Source: Eledone cirrhosa (lineage: Eukaryota). Taken from it: a stretch of 64,000 nucleotides of DNA. Below the pieces are notes generated by a model. It had not been told where the DNA came from and did not search any database. It was given only the letters and a program-made list of their open reading frames with translations. Below, piece by piece: positions 25,778 to 38,689 of this stretch. Numbering within the stretch: the first letter of the stretch is position 1; every line of letters begins with the position of its first letter. Made by a program: the position numbers and the translations under genes. Location: the NCBI GenBank assembly GCA_964016885.1, contig OZ024741.1, positions 157,356,001 to 157,420,000 of the forward strand, read 5' to 3'.

Positions 25778-27200
25778 CATCATCATCGTTCTACGTCCGC
25801 TTTTCCCTGCTTGGACGGGTCCTATTCAGCACACCATCTCTCCACTTATCATGGTCCTTCGTCATCTCCTCCCTGAGTTTAAGCGATCTGAAGTCTGCTC
25901 TCAGCACCTCCACCCATGTTTTTTGTGCTCTACCTCTACTGTCTTCCTTCTACTGGGATTTCTTGGGACTTCTTTACCCAGCTGTCATCCTCTATGAGCA
26001 TCACATGTCAATACCATCTCAGCCTTCTCTCCTGCACACCACAACTTATCCCTCTTATACCCAGTTTCTTTCTCAACTCGTCTATGCTGGGTCGTTCACG
26101 CACATTGACATTGCACATCCAACGGATCATGCTTGCTTCATTTCTCTCCAGCCGCCGCATATCCTCTGCAGTTGTTGCCCATGTCTCACTACCATGCAGC
26201 ATCGCACATCTCACACAGGCATCATATAACCGTCCTTTCGTACGCAGGGAGAAACCCTTCTTTGTCAACAGAGGAAACAGCTCCCTAAACTTCTTCCAAC
26301 CTGCCCTTATTCTAGATACTATGGCCTCGGAACATGCCCCCCCTCCCATACTAATCTGATCACCTAGGTACCGGAAGCTATCAACCACTTTTATAGAACC
26401 CACCTGCATTGGAAAAATGTGTCTATCACTGCGATTACTACTGCCAACTTTCCCTGTACATCTATTGCATATGTAGTTTTCCCTACCTGTTAGTTTGCCT
26501 GCTATCCCACTACATCTCTTGTGTACCCAAGATCTGCATTGCGTACATTTTATGGAATTTATGCCAGTTCCTTTCCTACATATCGAACATTGCCATTTCC
26601 CTGATGGAATCAGAGTATTGTCCTCTCTTCTACTTATCAACACTTTTGTCTTAGCTATGTTCACTCTCAGTCCTCTTGATTCCAACTGCTGTTTCCATAG
26701 CCAGATCATCAGCATAGAGAAGTTCCCATGACCATCCAGTCTTAAACTACTCTGTTATGGCTTGGAGGACTATAATGAACAAGAGCGGGCTGAGGACCAA
26801 ACCCTGATGTACACCTACTTGTATTTGGAATTCCTCACTAAACTCCATTCCCACTCTCACTTTACTGACAGCACTCCTGTACATAGCTTGCACTGTCCTC
26901 ACAAGCCATTCCTCTACACCTAGTTTCCTTAGGGACCACCAGATGACCGATTGGGGTACCCTATCAAAGGCCTTATCTAGGTCAACAAAAGCTAAGTATA
27001 GTGGCTTATTATTCTCTAAGAACCTCTCTTGTAGTTGTCTCACTAAGAAGAAGGCATCTGTTGTACTTTTCCGAGGCACAAAACCAAACTGCATCTCATC
27101 TAATTTGACCCTTTCTCTAATCAGTTGCGCTAATATTCTCTCTGCCACTTTCATAACCTGATCCATCAGCTTTATGCCCCTATAATTGCTCCTCTCTAGA
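25778..27200 (-). mobile_element. RTE LINE RT fragment with PHD-like Cys/His finger (second subfamily)
   Basis: NYRGIKLMDQVMK...QFGFVP...AFVDLDKAFDRVP...GVHQGLVLSPLLF (26747-27247), then CSICRKG...CTQCRSWVHKRC...CNRC and FRYLGD (26008-26715). Confidence 0.92.
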
Positions 27201-27842
27201 GCACAGGTTCTAAACCCATTTAGGCCAAATGCCCCCTTTTGTCCCATGAAATCACGAAACGCCCCTACCCTATTTTTCCATTTTTCAATATACTACTGAT
27301 TTTGATATCAGTAGATTACTAAAAAATTGATTAACAATATTCCAAAGATACCATTGCAGGCAGCTGAGAGTATAAATACATTCCTTGAAAGGAAATATAT
27401 AAATTTCAAAAAAAGGAACATAAATGTTCTTTTTTATGAATAAGGACCAGTTGAATTTGTTATATTCCCACCAGGCGATACCAACTATTTTGAACATTTA
27501 TACAAGAGTGCTCTTATCTGGAAGAAAGTGGCAATTATATCATTTCAAAGCTTTCCAATTTTCCCTTTAATGAAACGGACAGAATAAATGTTGATATCTA
27601 ACTTGATGTCCCCTCTGCTTTGTGAGCTTAGAGACCACGGAAGAGGGTTTTCATGACCACGCTGGAGGGTATATTTATTAATATATGGTAAAATATATAC
27701 AACAAATGAGTAATTGAATTGTAGTAGATGGTTTCCAGTCCAGTCAGACTGCAACTACAAATAAAATAATTGTTAGTTTGCTTTGTAACAATAGCATATC
27801 CAAGTTTTCGGATAAATCAACTTACTTTAACTTTGACTCATT

Positions 27843-28258
27843 TCAATGGGACCCTTGAGCTTCATGGAGTCTAGCTAACTCTTTGACGTGAGGCTCAATT
27901 TTCCTAAGATGTAGCCAGAGATCTCCATGTGTAATTACATTGTAGCGGTTGCGAGCCTTACTGTGCAGTCTGGAAACAGCACCAAACCTCCTCTCGACTA
28001 AGTATGAGCTTGGAAAAGGCAGAGCAAATCTCTTAGCCTCTGCATATAGGTGTGGAAATCAACGCTGAATTTCCTCTTGCATTCCAAGAAAGGGTTCACC
28101 TATTTTGGGAAATCTAATTTTGATCATGTCATCTGCTTGAAGTTCAATGAATTCTTCCTGAAATTTAACGTCCAAATCGTCGACGTTAGCTATGAAGGGA
28201 TCTGCTATCCACATTGTTTATCACTAATTTCCAATAGCCGAAATACGATTCTCGCTAA
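27843..28258 (-). mobile_element. hAT transposase C-terminal relic (Buster/Charlie/FAM200-like)
   Basis: Manual translation: WIADPF...FQEEFIELQADD...ALPFPSSYLVERRFGAV...RNR...GDL.L.L..IEPHVKELARLHEAQGSH*, with an internal stop and a frameshift. Confidence 0.85.
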
Positions 28259-28454
28259 TTTATATATATATATATATATAGATAGGAAAAAGTATGACCT
28301 CGACGGCAGAGCTCAAGCTGTTGAAAGCAAGGCCACCTGACCTGGAATTACTCACAACAGGACAACTCATCTAACCCATGCTAGCATGGAAGAATGGACG
28401 TAAAACGGTGATGATGATTATATGCATACTCATATACATATATATACACATATA

Positions 28455-29650
28455 TATGTGGCCGATGCTCAGGTGCAGTAAATAGCAAGTGTCCACAGGA
28501 TACTAGCTCAAATGCCCAGAGGGTTCTATCGAAATAGCCGACACTTTCCGTTACCTGGGTAAATGAAATCAGCAGTGGAGGAGGGTGTTTCAAAAGGACA
28601 GTAGCCAGAGTAAGAACAGGATGGAGAAAGTTCAGAGAGCTGATACCACTGTTAGCTACAAAAGGGCAGATTGTACGATGCTTGTATAGGAACAGCAATG
28701 TTACATGGTAGTGAGACCTGGGCTCTGGGCACAGAGGATCTGTGAAAATTGCAAAGAAATGAAGCATGCACGCTCCAATGGATGTGTAATATACACGAAC
28801 AACAAAGTGTAAATGAACTAAGTGTGAAATGAGGCATAAGAGGGATCAGATGCAGTATACTAGAGAGAAGACTGCGTTGGCATGGTCATGTGATGTGTAT
28901 GAAGGATGACAGCTGTATAAAAAGGTACAGGGCGATCAAAATTGATGGAAGCTATGGAGTAGGAAGACCCAGGAAGATCTGGGACAAGGTGATAAAAGCT
29001 GACTTTGCACAATTGCACCTTTCAAAGACAATGATACAGGATCGAGATCTTTGGCACTATGCAGCAATACAGAAGACCCTCCTTCCCTTGCGCACGGAAT
29101 CAAACGTACTTCCAGTAGGCACCTCTTAACCACTTGATTTACTATACACCTTCCATACACCCCCACCCCTACAATGTTACATATCAAGCAATACCTGTGT
29201 TTGGAGCTTTTATAAGTGAGGAAAAGCTTTGCATGGAGCCAATCTTTGCCCAATTGTACCTCTCAAAGGCAATGACACAGGACTAAGATCTCTGCCGTTA
29301 TGCAGTAATACAGAAGACCCGAGTTCCCATAGGCACAGGCCAAAGCTGAAGCTTATATACAATATGCCTTAATGCACCACACCCCACCCTCCCACTGTAT
29401 AGTGGTTGTGTAAACATCATGACAAAAAGCACCCAGCCCACATTGTAAATTGTTCGTGTAGGCATCACAACAAAAAGCACTCAGTACTCACTCTAAATGA
29501 GGTTGGTGTTAGAAAGCACATCCAGCTGTAGAAACCAAGCCCAAATCAGTTCTGTATAAGGCATGATCACCTGCCCTAGCAATGCCCACAACAAGACAAC
29601 TTGTCTGACCCATGCTAGCGTAGAAAAATGGACATAAAACAGTGATGATG
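28455..29650 (+). mobile_element. Degenerate RTE LINE 3' fragment with duplicated 3' segment
   Basis: FRYLG, HGSETW and GRPRKIWD motifs; ends in (GAT)n. Confidence 0.8.
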
Positions 29651-29813
29651 ATGATATATATATACATATATATACTTGCATTATACATATATATACATAC
29701 TTATATACATATATATATATACACATACATATATACACATATATATATATACACATACATATATATACACATACATATATATACATACTCATATACATGT
29801 ATATACATATATA

Positions 29814-31217
29814 CTAGCAGAATGGCCCGGCGTTGCTCGGGCTTCTAAACATAGATTGGCATGTTTATCCCTCCTTTCTGAAATAGTACAGAGAAGTACG
29901 GAATACCATGGCCTGAGGATGGTGTCTACATTTTGTGCTTAGGCAAATAATTTTCCATTAAGATTTTTCAAAAGTATGTAATTGCTTTCCCTCTCTTTTT
30001 TGTTGTTGTTTTTGCTGCTGTTGGTGTGATAGCAGTCGTTGGTCGTACCACTAACACAGTCTCGTCCTTCTTCAGTCAATCGTGTATATCCCCTTCTGCT
30101 TCATCTACCTAAACAATGATTGTAACACCTCCTTGTACACAATGTTCCTTGTTCTTCCGTGTCAGGCATATGCAAAGAGATTTCTCTTGCTTCCCACTCT
30201 TGAGCAGCCAACGTATAGTTGCCCATGTGAAAAACATGACTCTTCCGAAAGAAGACCAGCAACAGGTCTGAACCTGGGATTTGTTGATAGACATTGCAAA
30301 GCTGACACAGTTCGGCAAATGGTTCATTGATTGTCTGTTTCAAGTGCTCTTCTGGTGGCAGTACGTTCAGCATCTTGCGACCGTCGAATAGCAGATTCAA
30401 CTGATGATTTGTTTGCCCGCTTTGTTCTTTTTCTTGCCGCTTTCGCAGTATTTCGGCCAATGGAGTATCTCTTCCTTCGAGGCATGACCTAAAAGCAGGA
30501 CGAAGTACACTAAGACTAACTGGTAGAGTTAGGAGAAAACTCGTCAGTGATGCATGTGATTTCCGAACCGTTGACTATGTAATCGCTGGCCTTGTGCCAA
30601 AAGTAGTGGGACTTTTTGGGTGGCATATCGGCAGTAACAATGTCGATAAGCCGTCTGTGCTTTCGTGAAATAAATACATTTGTTTATATTTTGTTTTTGT
30701 GTATGCAAAAATATCTGTACATGAATATATAATTATATATATATGTTAAAATAAAAGATTAAAGTTTAAGCAAAGAATCGCTGCTTTGCCCCTTAATGGG
30801 ATCTTCTGAAACTAAAATAATCAATCTGTGAACACAGAAGTAAATATTTCGAAAAACATTGCAACCGAAGGAAAACAGGGAGACGATACTTTGGTTCGTG
30901 AAGACATTCCCTGGCAATGAACGGAAAATAGCAAAGATAATACGTCAATGTTTTCCATACAGACAGATATTATAAGGGCTTGACGTTATAGCTAAAAAGA
31001 CAGGCTAAGAAAGAGAGAGAGAGATCGCTAACCAGCGCCTAACACTCCTTTAACAACAGAAAATTGAAAAATAAAAGCTGCAGTTAATATCTTTAGACCA
31101 CAAGGAATATATAAATGCAAGTTTGAAGTCAATCGGAGTAGAAATGTGGATTTGTATAGACTTTGCAAAACTTAGGGGACACACACAGACAACATCAGTT
31201 TTATATATATGTATAGA
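29814..31217 (-). mobile_element. Non-autonomous Helitron with PIF1-helicase C-terminal relic
   Basis: Minus strand 5' TCTATACATATATATAAAACTG; 3' hairpin CCCGAGCAACGCCGGG followed by CTAG; A|T insertion site. Internal SFAMSINKSQ..., FSHGQLYVGCSRV and TRNIVYKEVL at ~30100-30310. Confidence 0.85.
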
Positions 31218-31264
31218 TATATACATATATATATATATACACATACATATATATATATATACTC

Positions 31265-31295
<31 letters not shown>

Positions 31296-31669
31296 CATAT
31301 ATATACATACTCATATACATATATATATACATATGTGTGTGTATGTATATATATATATATACGTACTCATATACATATATAGATATATGCACACACTCAC
31401 ACATACACACACACAAACAATATACTTGTGATAGAGGTGAGTGGTTTGGTGAGAGGAAGTTGGCAGTGTGATAACATGAAAAGGAGAGACTTGACACTAA
31501 CAGTTCTACCTGCCTCTCCACCACAACTGCCAAACACTTGATTACACACTCTCCATTAGTTCAGATAGAGTGGTTTAAACAGGAAGTATCTTGACACAAG
31601 ACTAACATCTTGACAACCCTGAGATGTCCAAGCTGATACACAGTCTGTCAGTCTGTCTGTCAAGATAGA

Positions 31670-33651
31670 TAACTTTCTTTTTATTTGCCACCAGGGCATC
31701 AAAGAGTGGGACAAGTACAATGGGGGGAGTTTACATAAAAAGGCATCCTCAATAAAGAGGAGGCAATAACAAAATATAAAAATATAAAATATAAAATATA
31801 ACAAAAATAAATTGAAAAACAAAATCCTCAATAGGGAAGAGGCGCCTTGGGGGGGGGGTCGCATACACACCCGAAAAAGTGTGCAACCCTTCTCCTCAGG
31901 AGCACAGAGAGAGGGTGCTCCCATGATCTTTCATCTTTCTCACCTACAGTCTGATGTAGAGTGAAGGCCCATTCACACAGGCCATTCTCCCCACTTTCAC
32001 CCATCTTTCATAGAAACGGCTGGGGTGCAGCACCTCTCTCTCCATCCTGATCCTTCTTCCGAAATGATATCGGAAGAAACGGACCAGTTGTTGGCCAGAG
32101 AGAAAGGTGTCTGACCTCAGTCCTTTCAGACGCGTCCACCATACAACCTCTTTCGCCATGGCTACTACGCACAGGAACACCACCTCTCCTTCGTTTTTGA
32201 AGAGGGGAGGCGGCTTGATCATTACAATCGACTCGGTGGTCAACCGGATCGGTCCCACCCTTGACAGCAGTTGTTCGACATATCCCTACAGATCGGCAAT
32301 GCCCGAGCAGTGTACCAATGCGTGTGCAACAGTTTCCCCGTCGCACACGCATCTGGGACAGATCTTTTTCGAGGGGTCCCTACCCGGGCGCCCGTGTCTG
32401 TAGAGCCTTTCTCGAACGGGCAGAGCCCCTCAGTAGCACTGCCAGGCCAGGGACCTCTGGAAGTTATCCATGGGTCCTGGACTGAATGTCCTACCAAACA
32501 GGTTGGCCAGTTCATCTTCCTCCATGCCTAGGGCTTCCCCGAGGGCGTCGTTGCACCTGCTAACCACCATCCCTCTATAGAATGACGAGGTGGATTCTCC
32601 ACTGACCGCTGGGTCCGCCTGCCAGAGAGCCGTGAGCGCCTGGGCACACTCGGTGTGCCAGGCGCCCAGTTTTCTCGGTCTTTGCTTGACCCAGGATTGC
32701 AGCTCGGTGAGCGAGACGAGTCTGGGAAAGGCTCGCCTCACAAACGGGGCCCACACCAGTTGACCGGTGAGGAATACCTGGAGGTGCCGTAGCCTTAATG
32801 CGTGTTTACGTATCATTAGCCATGGCATCCCCAGCCCTCCTTTCGAAGGGTGTTGACAGCAGATGGATCTCCTCACCATAGGAGCTCGCTTCTTCCAAAG
32901 GAATTGGAAGAGTGCGCGCTCCATTTTGGCGAGTGTTTTCCCTTGGGCAAGGCACAAGGGTCAGGTGGTAGTAGATGACGGATGCTATATAAGTATTTGC
33001 CACCTCCGCCCGACCTTTCAGGGACAGTTTGCACTCAGCCCACTTCTGGGTCAATGCAAACACTCTGTTCGTTACCTCACCCCAGTTCTTCTCCACCTGG
33101 AGGTCTGGTCCAAACCAGACCCCGAGCAACTTCACCAGGCCCTCCGTCCAGCGCCCGATGACACGATCGGAGGGCATCGATCTGCCCCTCCACGTGCCGA
33201 GTTGCAGACCGATCGACTTGTCCCGGTTCAGCTTAGCCCCTGTAAACCTTTCGTACTCCTCCAGTAAGGTGCCGATCGCCCCGATTTCCGAGGCCGTCGA
33301 CACCATTACTGTCACGTCATCGGCGTAGGCCGACACCGCTTTCCGCAATCCTGGTTCCAACGGGATGCCCTGCAACAACTCCAACTTCCGCAGCAGTGGC
33401 TCTAGAGTCATTACATACAGAAGGGAGGAGAGAGGGCACCCTTGTCGGATGGACCGCGCGATTTCGAACGGCTCCGAGAGGTAGCCGTTCACCTTGACCC
33501 TAGAGCAGATGCGGCTGCTGTGCATGGCATTGATCCAGCCCCTGAAAACGGGTCCGAAGCCTGCCGCCGCTAGCACCGCATCCAGGTAACTATGGTCTAC
33601 CCTATCGAACGCCTTAGATTGATCCAAGTTGATCAGGGCCCCACCAAAGCC
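31670..33651 (-). mobile_element. Tx1/L1-clade LINE, 5'-truncated (RT, C-terminal zinc knuckle, 3' UTR)
   Basis: LDQSKAFDRVDH, IRQGCPLS, AYADDVTV, LSLKGRAEV, GGLGMP, CPRC...ETVAHAL.HC. Several frameshifts; GC-rich relative to the flanks. Confidence 0.9.
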
Positions 33652-33709
33652 GATGGATGGATAGACAGCCAGCAAGATAGAAGGAGACAGATAGATGGAG
33701 GCATAGCTG

Positions 33710-34138
33710 TTTAACCCTTTAGCATTTAAACAGCCCATATCTGGCCAGAATTCTCTCACCTCCTTCTGTTCAAACTGGCTATAACCAGCTGTTCATAATG
33801 CAGTTAAGATATTGTTCTCAAAATAAATATCAAAATCTCATAGATTCTATATTAACCTTTAGCATTCACATTACTCTATATATACTATTATATTTTCATG
33901 GTAAAGGCTTTACCTCGCATAAATATCTCAAATAATATCGAATCTGCGAGATTTTGAAAGTATTTATTTTGAGAACAATACCTTAACATCAGTTTGAGTG
34001 ACCAGTTACAGCCAGTTTTAACAGAAAAAGGTAGAGAATTTTGGTCAGTTTGGGCCGATTTGAACATTAAAGGGTTAAAGCCTTTACTATGAAAATACAA
34101 TAGTATATATGGAGTAATGTAAATGCTAAAGAGTTAAT
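33710..34138. mobile_element. Cluster of TTAA-flanked MITE copies (piggyBac-like ends) in alternating orientation
   Basis: TTAA-CC(C)TTTAGCATT starts at ~33710 and ~33851; ...TAAAGGG-TTAA and ATGCTAAAGAG-TTAA end at ~34078 and ~34138. A single ~230-bp copy lies at 39619-39848. Confidence 0.7.
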
Positions 34139-34496
34139 TACATTCAACTCTATTGCAATCATTATTGACACTACTGGTTCACTAATACTATATATTGAAG
34201 ATAGTTTAGAAATATTACCAATTGTGTTCCATAGTTTAAGTAACACTTAAACACATGTTGTACTAGGAGAATGATATTATATATAACAGAGTTTAATGAA
34301 TTTATCTACAGGAATTAAAACTGTCTACCTTTGTTGGGTTAGTGAGATAGTAAGTAATTAGTGCAGTTTGTAACTAGTTCTACTAGTTTTGTGACTCAAA
34401 CATTTACACCTTAAATGTGGACTATGAAAAAGAGGTGAATGGAATGGGAAAATTATTTGTTATTATTATTATTATCATCATCATCTCCATGAAACA

Positions 34497-34548
34497 CATA
34501 TATATGAAACACATATATACACATATATATACATACATATATATATAC

Positions 34549-34579
<31 letters not shown>

Positions 34580-34857
34580 CACATATATATATATACACAT
34601 ATATATATACACATATATATATATATACACATATATATATATATACACATATATATATATATACACATATATATATATATACACATATATATATATACAC
34701 ACATATATATATATACATATATATATATATACACATATATATATATATACACATATATATATATAGACACATATATATATATAGACATATATATATATAT
34801 AGACATATATATATATATAGACATATATATATATAGACATATATATATATATAGACA

Positions 34858-34891
<34 letters not shown>

Positions 34892-34918
34892 CATACATAT
34901 ATATATATATATACATAC

Positions 34919-34949
<31 letters not shown>

Positions 34950-35182
34950 CATATATATATATACACATATATATATATACACATATATATATACACATAT
35001 GTATATATATATATATACACATGTAATATATATACATATACATATATATACATACACATATATATATATATACATACACATATATTTATATACATACATA
35101 CACATATATTTATATACATACATATACACACACACACATATATATATAATATATATACACACACACATATATACATATACAT
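34497..35182. repeat. Long (TA)n-derived microsatellite with periodic C/G interruptions
   Basis: Directly visible. Confidence 0.95.
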
Positions 35183-35693
35183 CCAGAGACTGAGGATAAA
35201 ACACAAGATATGTTTGACTTCGTGGGGAAACTCACCAAGGAAGTGTACGTCCATCTGTCCCGCGAGTCCTGCGCTTGAACTTGGATCGGTGAAGTTTACA
35301 GACCGACTCGGACATTGTTTGTGGAGGAGTAGACTCCCTGAAGAAGCAAAGATCAAAACGAAACTCTTGTAGGGATTCATGATGCTGGGGGATTCATGAC
35401 GTTCCCTGAGTGCTGTTGTTGTTGTGGGGCAAGAAAATAAGGCTCTAGACCTTTTAAAATACTATATATATATAATATATATATATAATATATATATATA
35501 CATATATATGTATGAATGTGTGTGTGTAATTATATGTGTGTGTATTGTGTATATGTAATTATGTATTAATTATATATGCAATTTATTTGATATATCATTA
35601 TCTGTGTGTGTATATATATATTTATATAATTGTACAATATAATACATATAATCGATTATATGCACAATTATATAATATATATACACAATGACA

Positions 35694-35727
<34 letters not shown>

Positions 35728-35730
<3 letters not shown>

Positions 35731-36337
35731 TGGCTGCCAACTCGTTTTCGAGTACGGCCACTACTTTATATCCATGTAGGAGAACCCCTACGGATGCGCT
35801 GAACGAGTGTGACTTTTTAGTCCAGCCAGCGATTTGAAAACTCTGGTACAAACACTACACTTTTGACAATTATTGACACATAGTGCTGGGCCCATGGTAC
35901 CATCTGACGACAAGTGCAGAGAGATCTCCAGATATAAAGCAATGCCTGTGCCGTGAAGCTTTTATAGTGAGCAAAGGCACTGCACAAAGCCAGTCCCACT
36001 CTCTTAAACAAGATGATATGTACCAAAAAGAAGAACAAGTCAACATCATTGGATACCATCAGGGTTGCAGGTGTTATATCAGAGTTTTCCTTTTCCTAGA
36101 ATTCTGCCTTGACAAAGGCTAAGGGGTCATCTCTCCCGGTGATTTTGGATGGCCATTGACTCTTAAGAGCTCCTTTGCCCTTTGACAGGTTTTGTTTTTA
36201 GTCCTGCAGGATGTCCAAAGTCACCCTCCTCACCAAGAAACCTTGGTGGGGTTGCCAGTTTAGTCGCCAACGACCCGACCATGAGACAGGTTGTACTGGG
36301 ATACATGTTACCAGTAGCACCAACTGGTGACCTGACA
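35728..36337 (-). mobile_element. Interspersed repeat inserted in (TA)n, possibly a LINE 5' region; second near-identical copy at 60423-60934
   Basis: Both copies start with the same TGGTGGCTGCCAACTCG boundary next to (TA)n. No convincing protein is encoded. Confidence 0.6.
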
Positions 36338-36707
36338 TAAATATATATATATATATATACACACACACACGTCTATTTATCTTAACATAACTTTGTTGGT
36401 TTTCAATATATCTTTTTTAAATTCCTCCAGGATTGTTATCATTTCTCCCGTTAGTCTTAATATTATTGCCATTCTTCCACTTGCTTGCTATTGTTATTGC
36501 TATTGTTGTTGCTAGTGTGGTTATTGCTGTTTTTAAATGCACCTACTTCAAACATTTATAGCTCAGAGCTAAATATTGTGCACTAAAGACACAAAATATA
36601 TTTTAGAGGTGATTGAATATTTCTTTATCATATTTCTTTATATATATATATATAATATATATATATAAGCAGGGAAAAGCGGACGTAAAATGATGATGAT
36701 GATGATG

Positions 36708-36738
<31 letters not shown>

Positions 36739-37079
36739 TTGTTCATGGTACAGAGACTGGCAAGACCACATATAATGGTAGTATTCAACACATGTTTAGG
36801 TGCAGAGTTGTATATTAATTAGTAAAATCTCAACAGGCAATCCACTGCACGAAGCCAGTTAGCTTGCTGGGCAACTGACAGAGTTAGCCCTCTGTTGGGA
36901 TTTTATCAATTACTATATATATATATAGTCCAACCCATGACAGCATGGGAAACTGATGTAAAATGATGATTATATATATATATATAACAAAGAGGATGTG
37001 GTAAGATACCATGTGGACCATAACGCACCAGAGTACTCGATTGTTGGGGTAGCAGAGTGGGTAATATGAAAAGATTTAG

Positions 37080-37215
37080 GATGGCTGAGCTCCGGCCATT
37101 TAGACAGCGAGTTCAGATCTAGCTGTTGAAATGGCTGGAGCTCAGTCATCGGGGTCCTGAATCTTTTCATATATATATATAGCGAGAGAGAGAGAAGTAA
37201 GTCATTTGCTCTGGC
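37080..37215. repeat. Hairpin-forming short repeat; second copy at ~38052-38180
   Basis: CTGAGCTCCGGCCATTTAGACAGC ... GCTGTTGAAATGGCTGGAGCTCAG inverted arms in both copies. Confidence 0.7.
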
Positions 37216-38689
37216 CAGGGCCCCGTTTGCCTTTAAAATGTGAGGGGGACAAACCAACATTTGTTGATTCTTAAAGGAGCATGTTAGCATTGCTTATAGT
37301 GCCTTTCCCGGACTCTATGACATAAGTAAAATTTTACGTTAATTAAATTTTATCTCGCAGTAATACAGAAGACCTGACTTCCCACGGGCACAAGCCGAAT
37401 CTGAAGGATATAGACAATATGCCCCCCACCCATCCACTGCAAAGTGGTCGTGGAGGTGCCACGGCAAAAAAGCCCCTAGCCCACACTGTAAAGTGGTCAT
37501 GTAGGCGCCAGGCACCAAAAAAAAAAAAAGCACCCAGCACTCACTGTAAATGAGGTTGGTGTTAGGAAGAGCATCCAGCTGTAGAAATCAAGCCAGAATT
37601 AGTTCCGATATGAGCAAGACAAGGTCAGTTGACCAGGCACTGCCCACCCATCTAACCCATGCTAGCATGGAAGAATGGATGTAAAACAGTGATGATGATG
37701 ATGATGATGATGATATTCAAATGAAGTTCAGATATAAAAAAAAATAAGCTTAAAAAGAATTTATTATATCAAATAAACAAAATTTTTAATTTTTAGCAAA
37801 TGGATGTAAATATCGAACGTACAAAATTCAATACCGATTGCAACTTAGGGTCTATATATATTCATATAAATATATGCACATAAATAAACATGTAAAAATA
37901 TGTATTATACATATGTATGACTTTTTAGTGGGGTTTTCTTTGTTTTTTAATTGGGAAAAAGTAGAGGGGACAAAAGATGGTTTCTCCACCGTTCTTGAAA
38001 AAGTGGAGGGGACTTGTCCCATGGTACCCCCCTAAAACAAAACCCTTGGCTCTGGCTGAGCTCTGGCCGTTTCAACAGCGAGTTCGGATCTAGCTGTCGA
38101 AACGGCTGGAGCTCAGCCGCTGGGGTCCTGGATCTTTTCATATATATATATATAGAGAGAGAATTAAGTCATTTGTTCTGACAGAGCTGTATACATATAA
38201 GTATGATGTATATTTGTATATCTAGTGATCGTAAACATACTATAGCAACAGTCAACCATGAAGAATTAGAGGATATACAAAACTTCTATCAAAAACTACA
38301 AATGATTGATTTTTTGCCAAAAAAGCCAGAGAGGATGATGAATCCTTGATGAGAAATAAATCAAAATTCACCCAAACTAAAATGTTAATATCCTTTCCAA
38401 ATTCCCACTCGCTCTGATTGATCGACAAGATTCCCAGACCTCATTTGCTTGCCAAGTGAGTGGACCTGTCAAATCAGACCAAGGAAACAATGTTTCCATT
38501 GGTATTTCCATTGCTGATACTGTCTACTAGTCGCAACTCCTGGTAGAAAGAGCAATGTGAAATAAAGTGTCTTGCTCAAGGACATAATGCATCACCCGGT
38601 CCAAGAATTGAGCTCACAACCTCAAAATTGTGAATCCAACTCTCTAACCACTAAGCCAGATACCTTTATAAGTTTCCACTAGAACAGAA

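Noticed and set aside
32008-33328. Multiple overlapping alternative-frame and antisense ORFs in the GC-rich block
   Set aside because: They are by-products of the high GC content of the Tx1-like LINE coding sequence.
34417-35380. Long ORFs (200-430 aa) rich in IYIY/CVCV/HTHT, here and at 1569-2005, 23308-23971, 41796-42198, 47663-49767 and 62219-62890
   Set aside because: They are translations of stop-free dinucleotide microsatellites, open in several frames on both strands.
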